Assembly: GCA_963726245.1 (NCBI GenBank)
Contig: CAVSBT010000015.1
Location: 192,001-256,000 of the forward strand
Direction of reading: 5' to 3'
Source of the DNA: an uncultured Chloroflexia bacterium
GTDB taxonomy: Bacteria; Chloroflexota; Dehalococcoidia; DSTF01; JALHUB01
DNA: 64,000 bases
The notes beneath the pieces are model-generated. The model saw only the letters and a list, made by a program, of their open reading frames with translations, was not told the DNA's origin and searched no databases. Shown piece after piece: positions 9,814 through 25,018 of the stretch; positions within the stretch are counted from its first letter, which is position 1; each line of letters starts with the position of its first letter. A program made the translations under genes and the position numbers.

Positions 9814-10616
9814 TCGTTGGCGGCGAGACGGCGGCGGGCCATCTCCACGTAGCGGGGCACGCTCTCGATGAGGAGCCAGCGGCGGCCGTGGCGCTGGGCG
9901 GCGAGGGCTAGGGTGCCGGCGCCGCCGAAGGGGTCCAGCAGCAGGTCGTCGGGGCGGGTAGCCACCAGCACCAGCCTCTCGACCAGGGCCAGCGGCTTCT
10001 GCGAGGGGTGAGGACCCTGCCCGTCATGCGCTCTCTCTGCCTTCGGCGTCACCGAGAAGTCCCACAGGTTCCGCATCTGCTTGCCGCCCGCCAGGTCTTT
10101 GGCCTCCCAGTAGTTGAAGGTCCACTTCTTTGCCCGCTTCGGCGTCTCGTTGACGGCCCAGATGATCTGCTCCGTGCTCTCGGTGAGGGTGCGGGCGGTG
10201 ATGTTGGGCTGGGCGTTGGGCTTGAACCAGATGATGGAGTTGAGGATGCGGCGGTTGAGGACGTTCTGGAGGATGAAGCCTAGCTGGTAGATGCTGTGGT
10301 AGGTGCCGAAGACCAGCAGGTTGCCGTTGGGCTTCACCACCCGGCACACCTCCGTCAGCCAGCGGACGTTGAACTGGAAGAAGTCGTCCTGGGAGAAGCG
10401 GTCCCAGGCCTCCTGCATGGTGACGTGGGAGGAGAAGGCCCACCCCAGGCCCTTGCCCTTGCCGCCGCGACCGCCGCCCGACGCGATGCCGAAGGGCGGG
10501 TCGGCGATGCAGTGGTCGACGCAGGCGTCCGGCCACCGCGACATGACCTCTATGCAGTCGCCCTCGATGATGGTGTTGGGGGTGGGGGCTGCCGTGCTGG
10601 TAACGTGATCGATCAT
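9810..10616 (-). CDS. Orphan beta-class amino (N6-A/N4-C) DNA methyltransferase
   Basis: DPPF catalytic motif first, then HPSQKP and LDPFGGAGT SAM-binding motif; no restriction enzyme adjacent. Confidence 0.88.
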   Translation of the reverse strand: MIDHVTSTAAPTPNTIIEGDCIEVMSRWPDACVDHCIADPPFGIASGGGRGGKGKGLGWAFSSHVTMQEAWDRFSQDDFFQFNVRWLTEVCRVVKPNGNLLVFGTYHSIYQLGFILQNVLNRRILNSIIWFKPNAQPNITARTLTESTEQIIWAVNETPKRAKKWTFNYWEAKDLAGGKQMRNLWDFSVTPKAERAHDGQGPHPSQKPLALVERLVLVATRPDDLLLDPFGGAGTLALAAQRHGRRWLLIESVPRYVEMARRRLAANE

Positions 10617-10858
10617 GTGATCATTAGATCAAACGGCAGGCTTCACGTCAAGCGGGAGGAGGCGCGGTCTGGTCGTAGGGACAGCTTAGCTTCGTCCGTT
10701 ATGCTGACGGTAGCTTGCCAGCTCCGTCGCGGATAGGCTTTCCAGCCGGGGCACCACTTGCGTGATGCCAGCTGCAGATCCGGCCGTCACGACTCGGTTC
10801 TTCTCACGCATTCCATCCCGCATGTCTCGTTCCACCGCCGCCAGGCAAGCCACCTCCT

Positions 10859-11715
10859 CTACCAGAACACGTCCCGCAGCTCGAAGCGCGGGCCGTCTTT
10901 GCACACGAGGCGCACGCCCGCGGCGGGTCTCGACGGCGCAGCCGTAGCAGATGCCCGTCCCGCAGGGCATCACCTCCTCCAGCAGCACCTGCACCGACTT
11001 CCGCCTTCGGCGGGCGCCCTCACCCTCGACGCGGCGCACCACTTCGGCCAGGGCGCGGAACATGGCGTTGGGCCCGCAGGCGAAGACCTGGTCCGCCCAC
11101 GACAGGTACTCGGGCACCAGGTCCGTCACCAGCCCTCGCTGGCCCAGCGAGCCGTCCTCGGTGACGGCGACCACCTCCACCTCCGGCGGCAGCAGGTGGG
11201 CCGGGAAGAGGCCGTCGGCGCTGCGGGCGCCCTGGATGAGGGTGACGTGGCGGCCGCGGGCCACCTGCTCGTCGGCCAGCCAGACCAGGGGCGCCACGCC
11301 GATGCCGCCCGCCACCAGCAGGAGGTTGCCGGCGTCGCGACGGACGGCGTAGCCGCGGCCCAGGGGCCCGTAGACGAAGATGCGGTCGCCGGGCCGGCGG
11401 CGGGAGAGCCACTGCGTGCCCCGCCCGACGGCATCGAAGAGGATGGCGAAGTCGGCGCCGCCGCCCTGAGCCGGGCGGAGGCGGTGGTAGCTCATGGGCC
11501 GGGGCAGCATGGGCGGGCCGTAGCAGGTGCCAGGGGCGGACGTGGCTCGCCCGCCACGTTGGGCCGCTCGCTATCGCCGGAGCCCTCGTCGTGGCAGCGG
11601 AGCATGAGGAACTGGCCGGGGACAGCGCCTCGCGCCACCTCGGGGGCGCGGAGCCAGAGGGCCCAGGTGTCGCCGTAGAGGCGCTCAGACTCGATGACGG
11701 TGGCCCAGGCGATCT

Positions 11716-11719
<4 letters not shown>
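10859..11719 (-). CDS. pyrK: Dihydroorotate dehydrogenase electron transfer subunit (frameshifted)
   Basis: [40 protein letters not shown]...VCKDGP across frames. Confidence 0.88.
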
Positions 11720-15142
<3,423 letters not shown>

Positions 15143-15152
15143 AGTCTGGCCC

Positions 15153-15688
15153 TCACCGGCGCATCACCCGTGCTCTCATCCTGCGCCGCGGCCGCGCCCT
15201 CGGCAGGGCGAGGGCGACGGCGTAGGCTGAGCCGCCGACCAGGGCCAGCACCAGGGGGATGGCGCCCCAGACCGGCAGCGGCGTCAGGAAGATGAGGATG
15301 GCGAGCAAGGCGCAGCCCGCCAGCGAGAGGCCCAGCGCCAGGGCGTAGGCCGGCCACTCCGTGATGAAGTCGGCGGAGAACGGGAGGCCGACGAAGCCGA
15401 GCAGGAGGCCGATGGCTGCCGACAGAACGGCCAGGCCGAGCGAGCCGAGGGCAAACCACAGCGCAAAGAAGCCGTGGCCCGCGGCGGCGTGGCCGATGCC
15501 GCCGAACACAGCGATGGGGACGAGCAGGATCGCCGCTACGAAGCCCATGACGCTCAGCGTCAGCACGCCGTACGAGATGCGGATGACGACGTCGCTCACG
15601 ACCGGGCGGCCGGCGGGCCGCAGCACCCGGAAGTACATGCCCCGCACGAAGCGGTCAGCACGGCGGCGAAGGTGGAGCGATGTGTCAT
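15153..15688 (-). CDS. Hypothetical multi-pass membrane protein inside the pyr operon
   Basis: About four hydrophobic segments in ORF 15153..15647; upstream ATG at 15688 is out of frame (possible indel). Confidence 0.5.
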
Positions 15689-15693
15689 GGGCT

Positions 15694-16151
15694 TCACAGC
15701 GGCAGCTCGAACCTCATGTCCGGGTTGTAGATGGGCACCAGGGCGCCGATGCTCGACAGGAAGCTCAGCGCCACCTCGTTGTTCTCCGGCAGGCGGCCCC
15801 GCAGGCGGCGGTAGCCCTTGTCCCGCGCGAAGCCCAGGGCGTACTCGGCGATGGCCGTCCCCAGCCCCTTTCGACGATACTCGGGCAGGACCCAGACCCC
15901 CAGCGTGGCCGTGTCCGGCTCCTGGGTGTTGAAGTCGAGGGCGCCGAAGCCGGCCACCCGGCCCTCCACCAGGCAGAGGAAGATGCCACCCTGGACGCCA
16001 TGGCGGGCAAGCCAGGTGCGCACGCCCTCCGCCGTCGTCGGGCCGTCCAGTCCCACCGGGTTCGGCTCCTGGACGATGCGGTTGATGACCCCGGCGATGG
16101 CCTCGGCGTCGTCGATGGTGGCCTGTCGATAGGTGGCCTCTCCGGTGTCAT
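15694..16151 (-). CDS. GNAT family N-acetyltransferase
   Basis: RQATIDDAEAI, LGVWVLPEYRRKGLGT, ENNEVAL; start approximate. Confidence 0.85.
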
Positions 16152-16171
16152 GCCGTGCCTCCGCGCGAAGC

Positions 16172-16246
16172 CCTGTCATTCTGAGTCCGCCGAGGCGGAC
16201 GAAGAATCTGTTCAGCGAGACCCTTCGCTTCGCTCAGGGTGACAGG
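16172..16246. repeat. TGTCATTCTGAG-family palindromic intergenic repeat (copy 1)
   Basis: cctgtcattctgag...gaagaatct...agacccttcgcttcgctcagggtgacagg; inverted near-copy at 38865-38933. Confidence 0.8.
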
Positions 16247-16247
16247 A

Positions 16248-17398
16248 CTACACAGTGTCGCAATAGGCCCTAGTGTCGTGCGATGGTGTCCCTCCGGCCT
16301 CGTTCACCATCGCCAGGAACCTCTCGAAGAGGTACATGTTGTCCAGCGGCCCCGGCGATGCCTCCGAGTGGTACTGGATGGAGAGCACGGGCAGCTCGCG
16401 GTGGCGCAGCCCCTCCACCGTGCCGTCGTTCAGGTTGACGTGGCTCACCTCGGCGCCGCCGCGCAGACCGTCGGGGTCGACGGCGTAGCCGTGGTTCTGG
16501 GCCGTGATGTAGACGCGGCCGGTCGCCAGGTCGCGCACGGGGTGGTTCGCGCCGCGATGCCCGAACTTGAGCTTGAAGGTGCCCGCTCCGAAGGCGCGAC
16601 CCAGCACCTGGTGGCCGAGGCAGATGCCCATGATGGGCATCTTGCCCAGGAGCCCGTCGGCGGAGCGCACCACGTAGTCCAGCAGGGCGGGGTCCCCCGG
16701 CCCGGGCGAGAGCACGACGCCGTCCGGCCGCAGGGCCAGGACCTCCTCGGCGCTGGAGAGGCAGGGGACGGCGGTGACGCGACAGCCCAGTCGGTGCAGG
16801 ATGCGCAGGATGTTGTACTTCACCCCCAGGTCCACTACCACGATGTGGCGGCCCGCCGGTCCGACCGCCGCCGAGGCGGCCTGGCCGTCGCCGGGCCAGT
16901 CGTAGGGCGACTCGGCGCTGACCTCCGGCACGAAGTCCACGCTGTCGTAGCGGGGCATCTCGCGCAGGCGGGCGAGGGCGTCCTCGGGCGACTCGTCGGC
17001 GGTGATCGTGCCCATCATGACGCCGACGGAGCGCAGTCGACGGGTGAGGGCGCGGGTGTCCACGCCGCTGATGCCGGGGATGTCGCGCTGCGCCAGGTAG
17101 TCGTTGAGGGTGCCCTCGGACTGCCAGTGGCTGGGGATGTCGCAGTGCTCGCGCACGACGAAGCCGCGCACCTGGATGCGCCGCGACTCCACGTCGATGC
17201 GGTTGATGCCGTAGTTGCCCTGGAGGGGGTAGGTCATGACCAGGATCTGGCCGGCGTAGGAGGGGTCGGTGAGGGCCTCCTGGTAGCCGGTCATGCTGGT
17301 GTTGAAGACCACCTCGCCGTGGGCGCGCGCGGCGCCCCGAAGGGCCTCCCTTCGAAGGCGGAGCCGTCCTCAAGGACGAGTAGGGCCTTCTCCGTCAT
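16248..17398 (-). CDS. carA: Carbamoyl-phosphate synthase small subunit (frameshift near 5' end)
   Basis: MTEKALLVLEDG start; VFNTSMTGYQE, SPGPGDP, GICLGHQ, FGHRGANHPV. Confidence 0.95.
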
Positions 17399-17409
17399 CC
17401 GTTGCTCCT

Positions 17410-17512
17410 GTAGCGGAGGGCTTCAGCCCTCCACAGCCAACCTGTCAGCCGGCCGTAGCGGAGGGCTTCAGCCCTCCACGACCGTAGGTGGAGGCCTGAA
17501 GGCCTCCTCTAC
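17410..17512. repeat. Cluster of three GTAG-foot REP-like palindromes
   Basis: gtagcggagggcttcagccctccac twice (17410, 17455) plus gtaggtggaggcctgaaggcctcctctac. Confidence 0.85.
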
Positions 17513-18847
17513 GTTGTTGCGATTCGCGCCGTCTCCAGCGCGTACACCACCCGCCCGCCGTAGACCGTCGCCACCACCTGGCCGCGGAGGGTGCGACCGG
17601 CCAGGGGCGTGTTGCGTCCCTTGCTGGCGAAGCGCTCCGGCTCCACGACCCACTCCCGCTGCGGGTCGAACACCACCACGTCGGCGGGGGCGCCGGGCGC
17701 CAGGCTGCCCAGCCCTTCGAGGCCCGGCCGCCGGTCCAGCGCCAGGGCCGCCACCGGGCCCGCCGTCAGCTTCGCTATCAGGGTCGCCAGGTCCAGTCGC
17801 CCCTCGGGCACGAGGGTGAGGAGGGCGCCCAGGGCCGTCTCGAAGCCGCTGATGCCGAAGGCCGCCTGGTCGAACTCGCAGAGCTTGTCTTCCAGGGCGT
17901 GCGGCGCGTGGTCGGTGGCGATGGCGTCGATGGTGCCGTCCAGCAGCCCGTCGAGGCAGGCCTCCACGTCCTCGCGAGTCCGCAGGGGCGGGTTCACCTT
18001 GGCGTTGGTGTCGTACGTCAGACCGCGTTGTTGCCGGCCGAGAAGGCCACCGCCTCGTGGGTGAGGGTCAGGTGGTGAGGCGTGACCTCGGCGGTGACGC
18101 GGACGCCGCGGGCCTTCGCCGCCCGCACCAGCTCGACGCTGCCCCGCGTGCTGACGTGGGCGATGTGGACGTGGCTGCCCGTGAACGCCGCCAGGGCGAT
18201 GTCGCGGGCCACGGCCGCCTCTTCGGCGGCGGCGGGCTGGCCGCGCAGCCCCAGGCGCGTCGCCACCCAGCCTTCGTGCATCACGCCCTCTTTGGTCAGC
18301 GACGGCTCCTCGCAGTGGTCGATGACGGGCAGCCCCAGGGCCTGGCTGTACTCCAGGGCCCGGCGCATCAGGCTGGCGTCGGCCACGGGGTTGCCGTCGT
18401 CGCTGAAGCCGACGACGCCGGCCTCGGCCAGGTCGCCCATCTCGGCCAGGGCCTCACCGTGGCGGCCCTTGCTCACGCAGCCGATGGGCAGCACGCGCAC
18501 CAGCCCCACAGCCGCCGCCGTCCGCAGCACGTACTCCACGGTGGCCCGGCTGTCGATGGGGGGCTCCGTGTTGGGCATGCAGCAGACGGTGGTGAAGCCG
18601 CCGCGGGCCGCCGCGCGCGTGCCGGTCTCGATGGTCTCCTTGTACTCGAAGCCGGGGTCGCGCAGGTGGCAGTGGATGTCGACGAAGCCGGGGCAGACCA
18701 CCAGCCCTGCCGCCTCGATGACCTGGGCGGCGGCGAGCGCCGCCCCTACCTTGGCGATGCGCCCGTCTTCGATGAGGACGTCGGCTATCATGTCCAGGCC
18801 GCGGCCCGGGTCGAGCACGCGGCCGCCGCGGATGAGAAGGGAACCAC

Positions 18848-18851
<4 letters not shown>
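17509..18851 (-). CDS. pyrC: Dihydroorotase (frameshifted near 18020)
   Basis: PGFVDIHCHLRDPG, MPNTEP, HIAHVST, EVTPHH, NPPLR, IATDHAPH. Confidence 0.93.
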
Positions 18852-19909
<1,058 letters not shown>

Positions 19910-19911
19910 AA

Positions 19912-20454
19912 CTATCCCCCCTCCGGCGAGACGAGCACCACCTCGTCGATGCCGTCGGTCTCCTGGAACCTTACCTCCACCTCGTGGCTGTGGGAGGTTG
20001 GGATGTTCTTGCCCACGTAGTCGGCGCGGATAGGGAGCTCGCGGTGGCCGCGGTCCACCAGCACAGCGAGCTGAATGCGCTCCGGCCGCCCGTAGTCGAT
20101 GAGGGCGTCGAGGGCGGCGCGGATGCTGCGGCCGGTGTAGAGCACGTCGTCCACCAACACGACGCGCTTGTCGGCGATGTTGGTGGGGATATCGCTGGGC
20201 TTGATTTGGATGGCGACCCCCCGGGCGGGAACGTCGTCGCGATAGAGGCCGATGTCGAGGGTGCCCACCGGCACCTCATCGTGCTCGAAGTCGGCGATGG
20301 CGGCGGAGAGGCGCCGCGCGAGGGGCACGCCGCGGGTCTGCATGCCCACGAAGACCAGGTCGTGGCAACCGCGGTTGTTCTCGACGATCTCGTGGGCGAT
20401 GCGCACGATGGCGCGCCGCATGTCTTCCTGGGCCAGGATGACGCTCTCAGACAT
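19912..20454 (-). CDS. pyrR: Pyrimidine operon attenuation protein / UPRTase
   Basis: [46 protein letters not shown]. Confidence 0.97.
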   Translation of the reverse strand: MSESVILAQEDMRRAIVRIAHEIVENNRGCHDLVFVGMQTRGVPLARRLSAAIADFEHDEVPVGTLDIGLYRDDVPARGVAIQIKPSDIPTNIADKRVVLVDDVLYTGRSIRAALDALIDYGRPERIQLAVLVDRGHRELPIRADYVGKNIPTSHSHEVEVRFQETDGIDEVVLVSPEGG

Positions 20455-20590
20455 AAGAAAACCTCTCGTCCGCCTCGGGCAGACAAGAGGCCTCCCTTGC
20501 TTGTATTCTGCTATAGCCCTGGGCGTTCGCGCCCATCGCCGCGCTGCTCCCCTTTCCGGCCTCACAGGACCGGCCTTAAAGGTTCGACCG
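20455..20590 (-). promoter_or_regulatory. PyrR-binding RNA attenuator with terminator immediately before the pyrR start
   Basis: Minus-strand ctttaaggccggtcctgtgaggccggaaagg matches the PyrR loop consensus (CUUUAA...RUCCnGnGAGGY); hairpin cctcttgtctgcc/ggcggacgagagg plus ttttctt before the ATG. Confidence 0.88.
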
Positions 20591-20952
20591 GGGCCTACAC
20601 TGGCGCGATTATAGCAGCCGTTCGCCCGCGCCGCAAGGCGATCCTTTGGACGGCGCGGCCTTTTCTCCGGCCTGGCCCGTGGCAGACGGGCCGTCTTGAC
20701 AGAGCCTCCCGTGCGGTGTACCTAGACGAGAGGCCGCCCGGCACCTTTACAGAGCGCACACCACATCGGGCGTGAGAGCGGCGCGACCGGCGGCATGGTA
20801 ACATATACGCACTCGATGCTGTTTACTTTGGTGATGGCGGGCATTAGACGGGATTAGCCTGCCCGGCGGACCAGGGCCCCCAAGGGAACTTGGGGCGGGC
20901 ATCGCAGCTCTTCTAACCATCCAGCCCAGCTAGAGAAGCGAGGCAGACTCTC

Positions 20953-23406
20953 TTGCGAAGGACCTGGCTGCTTCTGACGAACGTTATCCAGAGGCGGTAC
21001 CTCTGGATACTCGTGGTCGCCGTTCTGATCACCCCCGTCCTGGCGCTGGGCATCCCTCGCATCCGGTTCAAGACCGGCCAGGACACGCTGGTCTCCTCGA
21101 GCTCAAAGGTCTATCAGGACAACCTGCGCTACCAGCAGCAGTTTGGCGGCGACCCCATGCTCGGTCTCTTCGAGGGCGACGTCCGTCAGCTCTTCTCTTC
21201 GCCCAACGTCGATACCCTCCGCCGCCTGGAAGCGGAGCTCCGCAGTCGCAAGGACGTGAATACGGTCGTGAGCCCACTCACCGCCGTCCAGTTGGCGGGC
21301 GACCAGTTCTCACTCCAGCAACAACTGGCTCTTTCGGCGCTGGCAGGGCGAGAGGAGCAGGCCGCAACCGCGGCCCGTCAGAGCGCCGCCGCGCAGGGAC
21401 TCTCGCCGGAGGCCCAGGACCAGGCGGCCAAGGCGGCCTCCGATACTGTGGCCGCCGAGTTCGCGCAGCAGCGGCAGGCCGACGCGCTACGGCTGGCCAA
21501 AGTGGGGGAGCTCAGTCTGAGCAACCCGGCCTTTGTCGACTTCATCATATTCGATGAGAAGGGGGACGTGCGGCCGGAGCTGCGGAGCGTCATTCCCGAC
21601 CCCCAGCACGCGCTACTGGTGGTGCGCATGGCCGGCAACATGAGCATCGACGAGCAGGCGGTGGCGGCCGGCCAGATAGTGAAGACGGTGCAGGCCACGA
21701 AGTTCGAGGGACTGAGTGTGCTGCCCTCCGGGCCGGCCGTCCTGATCAAAGAGATCAACGATGACATGCGCAACAGCATCATTGGGATGGCTATTCTGGC
21801 GACGGCTATCATGGTGCTCGTACTCTCCTTCCTGTTCCCGGTGCGCTGGCGGCTCCTCTCCCTGCCCGTGGTGCTGGTCGGTTGCCTGTGGGCTTTCGGC
21901 CTGATGGGGCATCTGGGTTTGCCATTGACGATGGTAACCATCTCGGGTCTGCCCATCCTCATCGGCCTGGGAGTGGACTTCGCCATCCAGTTCCACAGTC
22001 GCTTTGACGAGGAGAGCCATCGACAGCCGAACGCGGCGAGCGCTCTCCGCGAGTCTTTGACGCATATCGGGCCGGCCATTGCGGTGGCAGTGCTCGCATC
22101 CACTTTGGGCTTCATGGTCCTCCACATCTCGCGCGTGCCCATGATCCGCGACTTCGGGTCGATGCTGGCTGTGGGCACGGTGATCCTCTTCCTGGCCGTG
22201 TTCTTCATCCTCAATGCCGTTCTCTACCGCAGCGACCGCGGCAGGCGGGGAGACCAGGCCGACCGGCCGTTGACTGCGCGCTTCCGGGTTGAAAACGTCG
22301 TGCAGACACTGACCCGGAACACGGTGGGCCGCGTCCTGCCTATCGTGGCGATAGGCCTTTTGATCGCCCTGGTGGGGCTGATGGTCGACTCCCGCATCCC
22401 AGTCCAGACGGACCCGGAGCGCTTCATCCGCCAGGACAGCCCGGTGCTCCAGGACCTCTACCACATCCGAGACGTTGCCGGTTCCTCAAGCGAGCTGGGC
22501 ATCCTCGTTCAGGCCCCGAACGTCACCAGCCCCGAGGTGCTTTCCTGGATGGCGACGTTTCAGGACCGCATGCAGCGACAGCACAGCGAGCTGCTGCGCT
22601 CCGACAGCCTGGCGACCCTCCTGATGATGGGGGCCGACGGGAGCGTGCCTCCGGCCGACCTCAAAGAGAACGTTCTGGCTACGGCGCCCTCCGATATCCG
22701 GCGCTCCCTGATGAGCGACGACCGCTCGCAGGCCGCTGTCATCTTCAGCGTGGGGGCAGGCGTCACGCTGCAGCAGCGGAAGGCTCTCGTTGACTCCATG
22801 GAGGCCGACCTGCGCCTGCCGCCTGGCGTCTCGGCGACGCCGGCAGGGCTCGCGGTGGTGGGCGTCGAGGCCATTGACGCCCTCTCCGCGAACCGGGACC
22901 TGATGGTATTCGCAGCCATGGGCGCCATCGTGTTGGGGCTGTTTCTCATCTATCGAAACCCCATCAAGGCGGTGGCGCCGGTCCTGCCCATCGTGCTCGC
23001 CCTGGGCAGTTCGTCCGTGCTGCTCTACTTCCTGGGCATCGAGCTCAGCCCCCTGACGGCCGTGTCAGGGCCTCTCATCATCGCGATGGGGAGCGAGTTC
23101 ACCCTGCTGCTGATGGCCCGCTACTTCGAGGAGCGGGGGCAAGGCGCCCCGCCGCGCGAGGCCATGGACGTGGCGACGCTGCGCATCGGGCGGGCTATCA
23201 CGACCTCAGGCCTGACGGTGATGGGAGGCTTCGCCGTCTTGGTCTTCTCCAACTTCCCGCTGCTGGTGGACTTCGGCAAGGTGACGGCCCTGGACATGGG
23301 CCTGGCCCTTCTGAGCACGCTCGTCGTGCTGCCGCCTCTCCTTATCTGGCTCGACGAGGGCATCGGGCTGGTGCCGGCCGAAGAGAGGGTGCCGGCGTCG
23401 GACTGA
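20953..23406 (+). CDS. MMPL/RND (HAE3-like) family transporter
   Basis: Two repeats of 1 TM + extracytoplasmic loop + 5 TM; IGLGVDFAIQF and IAMGSEF motifs. Confidence 0.88.
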   Translation: MRRTWLLLTNVIQRRYLWILVVAVLITPVLALGIPRIRFKTGQDTLVSSSSKVYQDNLRYQQQFGGDPMLGLFEGDVRQLFSSPNVDTLRRLEAELRSRKDVNTVVSPLTAVQLAGDQFSLQQQLALSALAGREEQAATAARQSAAAQGLSPEAQDQAAKAASDTVAAEFAQQRQADALRLAKVGELSLSNPAFVDFIIFDEKGDVRPELRSVIPDPQHALLVVRMAGNMSIDEQAVAAGQIVKTVQATKFEGLSVLPSGPAVLIKEINDDMRNSIIGMAILATAIMVLVLSFLFPVRWRLLSLPVVLVGCLWAFGLMGHLGLPLTMVTISGLPILIGLGVDFAIQFHSRFDEESHRQPNAASALRESLTHIGPAIAVAVLASTLGFMVLHISRVPMIRDFGSMLAVGTVILFLAVFFILNAVLYRSDRGRRGDQADRPLTARFRVENVVQTLTRNTVGRVLPIVAIGLLIALVGLMVDSRIPVQTDPERFIRQDSPVLQDLYHIRDVAGSSSELGILVQAPNVTSPEVLSWMATFQDRMQRQHSELLRSDSLATLLMMGADGSVPPADLKENVLATAPSDIRRSLMSDDRSQAAVIFSVGAGVTLQQRKALVDSMEADLRLPPGVSATPAGLAVVGVEAIDALSANRDLMVFAAMGAIVLGLFLIYRNPIKAVAPVLPIVLALGSSSVLLYFLGIELSPLTAVSGPLIIAMGSEFTLLLMARYFEERGQGAPPREAMDVATLRIGRAITTSGLTVMGGFAVLVFSNFPLLVDFGKVTALDMGLALLSTLVVLPPLLIWLDEGIGLVPAEERVPASD

Positions 23407-23430
23407 CGCCGCCCTGGAGCTCGGAACACA

Positions 23431-23457
23431 AAGCCCGCGACGCAGGTCGCGGGCCTT
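23431..23457. terminator. Hairpin between convergent MMPL and NiCoT genes
   Basis: gcccgcgac-gcag-gtcgcgggc. Confidence 0.6.
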
Positions 23458-23492
23458 CGCATCATCGAGGTCAAGACGTCTGAAGAGCTGAC

Positions 23493-24483
23493 TTACGATT
23501 GGGGGCCGCCTATCCAGCGGAAGTACGTCCCCAGGTCGGGCAGCAGGCCTCCCGCCGCAAAGAGGAAGATGAGGCCGACGATGAGACTGAAGACGGCGGC
23601 CAGCAGCCCTGCCACGACGTAGACCAGTTGCCGCCGCTGGGCCGAGATGAAGCCGGCGGCCGTGGTGACCGTCACAAACGAATTGGAGATGAGGATCCCT
23701 AGCACAAAGAACAGGAGGGCCGCCACGCCCATGGCCTTCGTTCCTGCGCCCACGGCCGTGGCGATGATCAGGACCTGGGTGCCTGTTTCGGCGCCGATGC
23801 CGTGAATGAGGCCGACCGTGTAGGCGGTCCTGGGGCCGTACTGATCGGACGGCGTGGACGTGGACATGCTCCTGCTCCCCATGGAGTCGCGCCGAGAGCC
23901 AGTTCGCGCCGTTGCGCACACCCGCGAACACCAGCATCCACCGGCTTCGAATGCGGAACTCGCCCTTCCCTCGCAGGTAGCGGTACAGGGAGTAGAAAAG
24001 GTACGTAGCCAGGAAGATGAGGGTGACGCCCACCACCCGTTCCATGACGGGGTCAATCCAGTGAGGCAAGAACCCGGAGGCCAGTATGGCCAGCAGGCCC
24101 AGAAGGAACACGACGGTGCCGTGGCCGACGGCGTATAAGCTGCCGAGGAAGATGGCGCGCCGCTGACTCACCAGGAGGGACCCGAAGCCGCTCCGGCTGG
24201 CGGCGCGGGGCGGCGCCTCCATGACTATCGCCTCACCGCCGGCGATGGGCCGCCGGCGGAGCATCTCCGTCACCTCGTGATCGCTCTCGTCGGTGAGCAG
24301 CACACCCGGCTCGCCGGTGAGCCACTCTTCGCCGGTATCGCCGCTTGCGCTGGTCGTGCTGGTGATGTCGGTGATGGCGGCTATGTGATCCCAGTCGATG
24401 CCGTGGCGTATGCCCAGTGCGAGAGCGCCGCCCAGCACACCCAGCGAGCCACCCAGACCTATCGTCAGAAAGCTAACGTCCAA
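23493..24483 (-). CDS. Nickel/cobalt permease, HoxN/NixA/RcnA-like (frameshift near 23850)
   Basis: LGIRHGIDWDHIAAI signature, His-rich HVHVH loop, GLIHGIGAE. Confidence 0.8.
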
Positions 24484-24962
24484 GCGGCGCAACTCCTGTC
24501 TCGGATCTGGCTTTGCGAGCTCGCAGCCGGGAGGAGGGGCCTTTTTGGCAGGCGGCGCAGATGCCGAAGATGGCGAAGTGCTCCAGGTCCGCCTGGAAGC
24601 CGTGGGCCTCCTGGAGCCGGTCGGCCAGCGGCCGTCAAGAAGGAATCGTCCAGGGCCGCGGTCTTCCCGCACTGCCGGCAGACCAGGTGGTGGTGCCGGC
24701 CGCGCTCACTCAGCTCGTATTCGACAACGCCCTCACCAAGGTCGGTCTCCGTGATCAGGCGCAGCTTCTTCAGAAGCTGGAGCGTCCGGTAGACAGTGGA
24801 AATGTCCACAAAGGGGTACTGCTCCTTCACCCTCTCGTGGATCGCCTCAGCCGTGATGTGGCCCGCGCTCTGATGTATTGTGGCCAGGATCATCATGCGC
24901 TGCGGGGTGAGACGGTAGCCCACCTCGCGCAGAGACGCCGCCATGTCTGAGTAAGTAGCCAT
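24465..24962 (-). CDS. Fur-family metalloregulator (3' end probably frameshifted)
   Basis: RLTPQR, STVYRTL, HHHLVCRQCG. Confidence 0.9.
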   Translation of the reverse strand: MATYSDMAASLREVGYRLTPQRMMILATIHQSAGHITAEAIHERVKEQYPFVDISTVYRTLQLLKKLRLITETDLGEGVVEYELSERGRHHHLVCRQCGKTAALDDSFLTAAGRPAPGGPRLPGGPGALRHLRHLRRLPKRPLLPAASSQSQIRDRSCAAWTLAF

Positions 24963-25018
24963 CGTTTTCTATTGCCTAATGCTAGTTATTACATTGTAAT
25001 GCATTTGCACTAGTTGGT

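Noticed and set aside
17410-17512. Possible mini CRISPR array
   Set aside because: Only two identical 25-bp units with a 20-bp gap, dispersed copies elsewhere, and no cas genes; fits REP elements.
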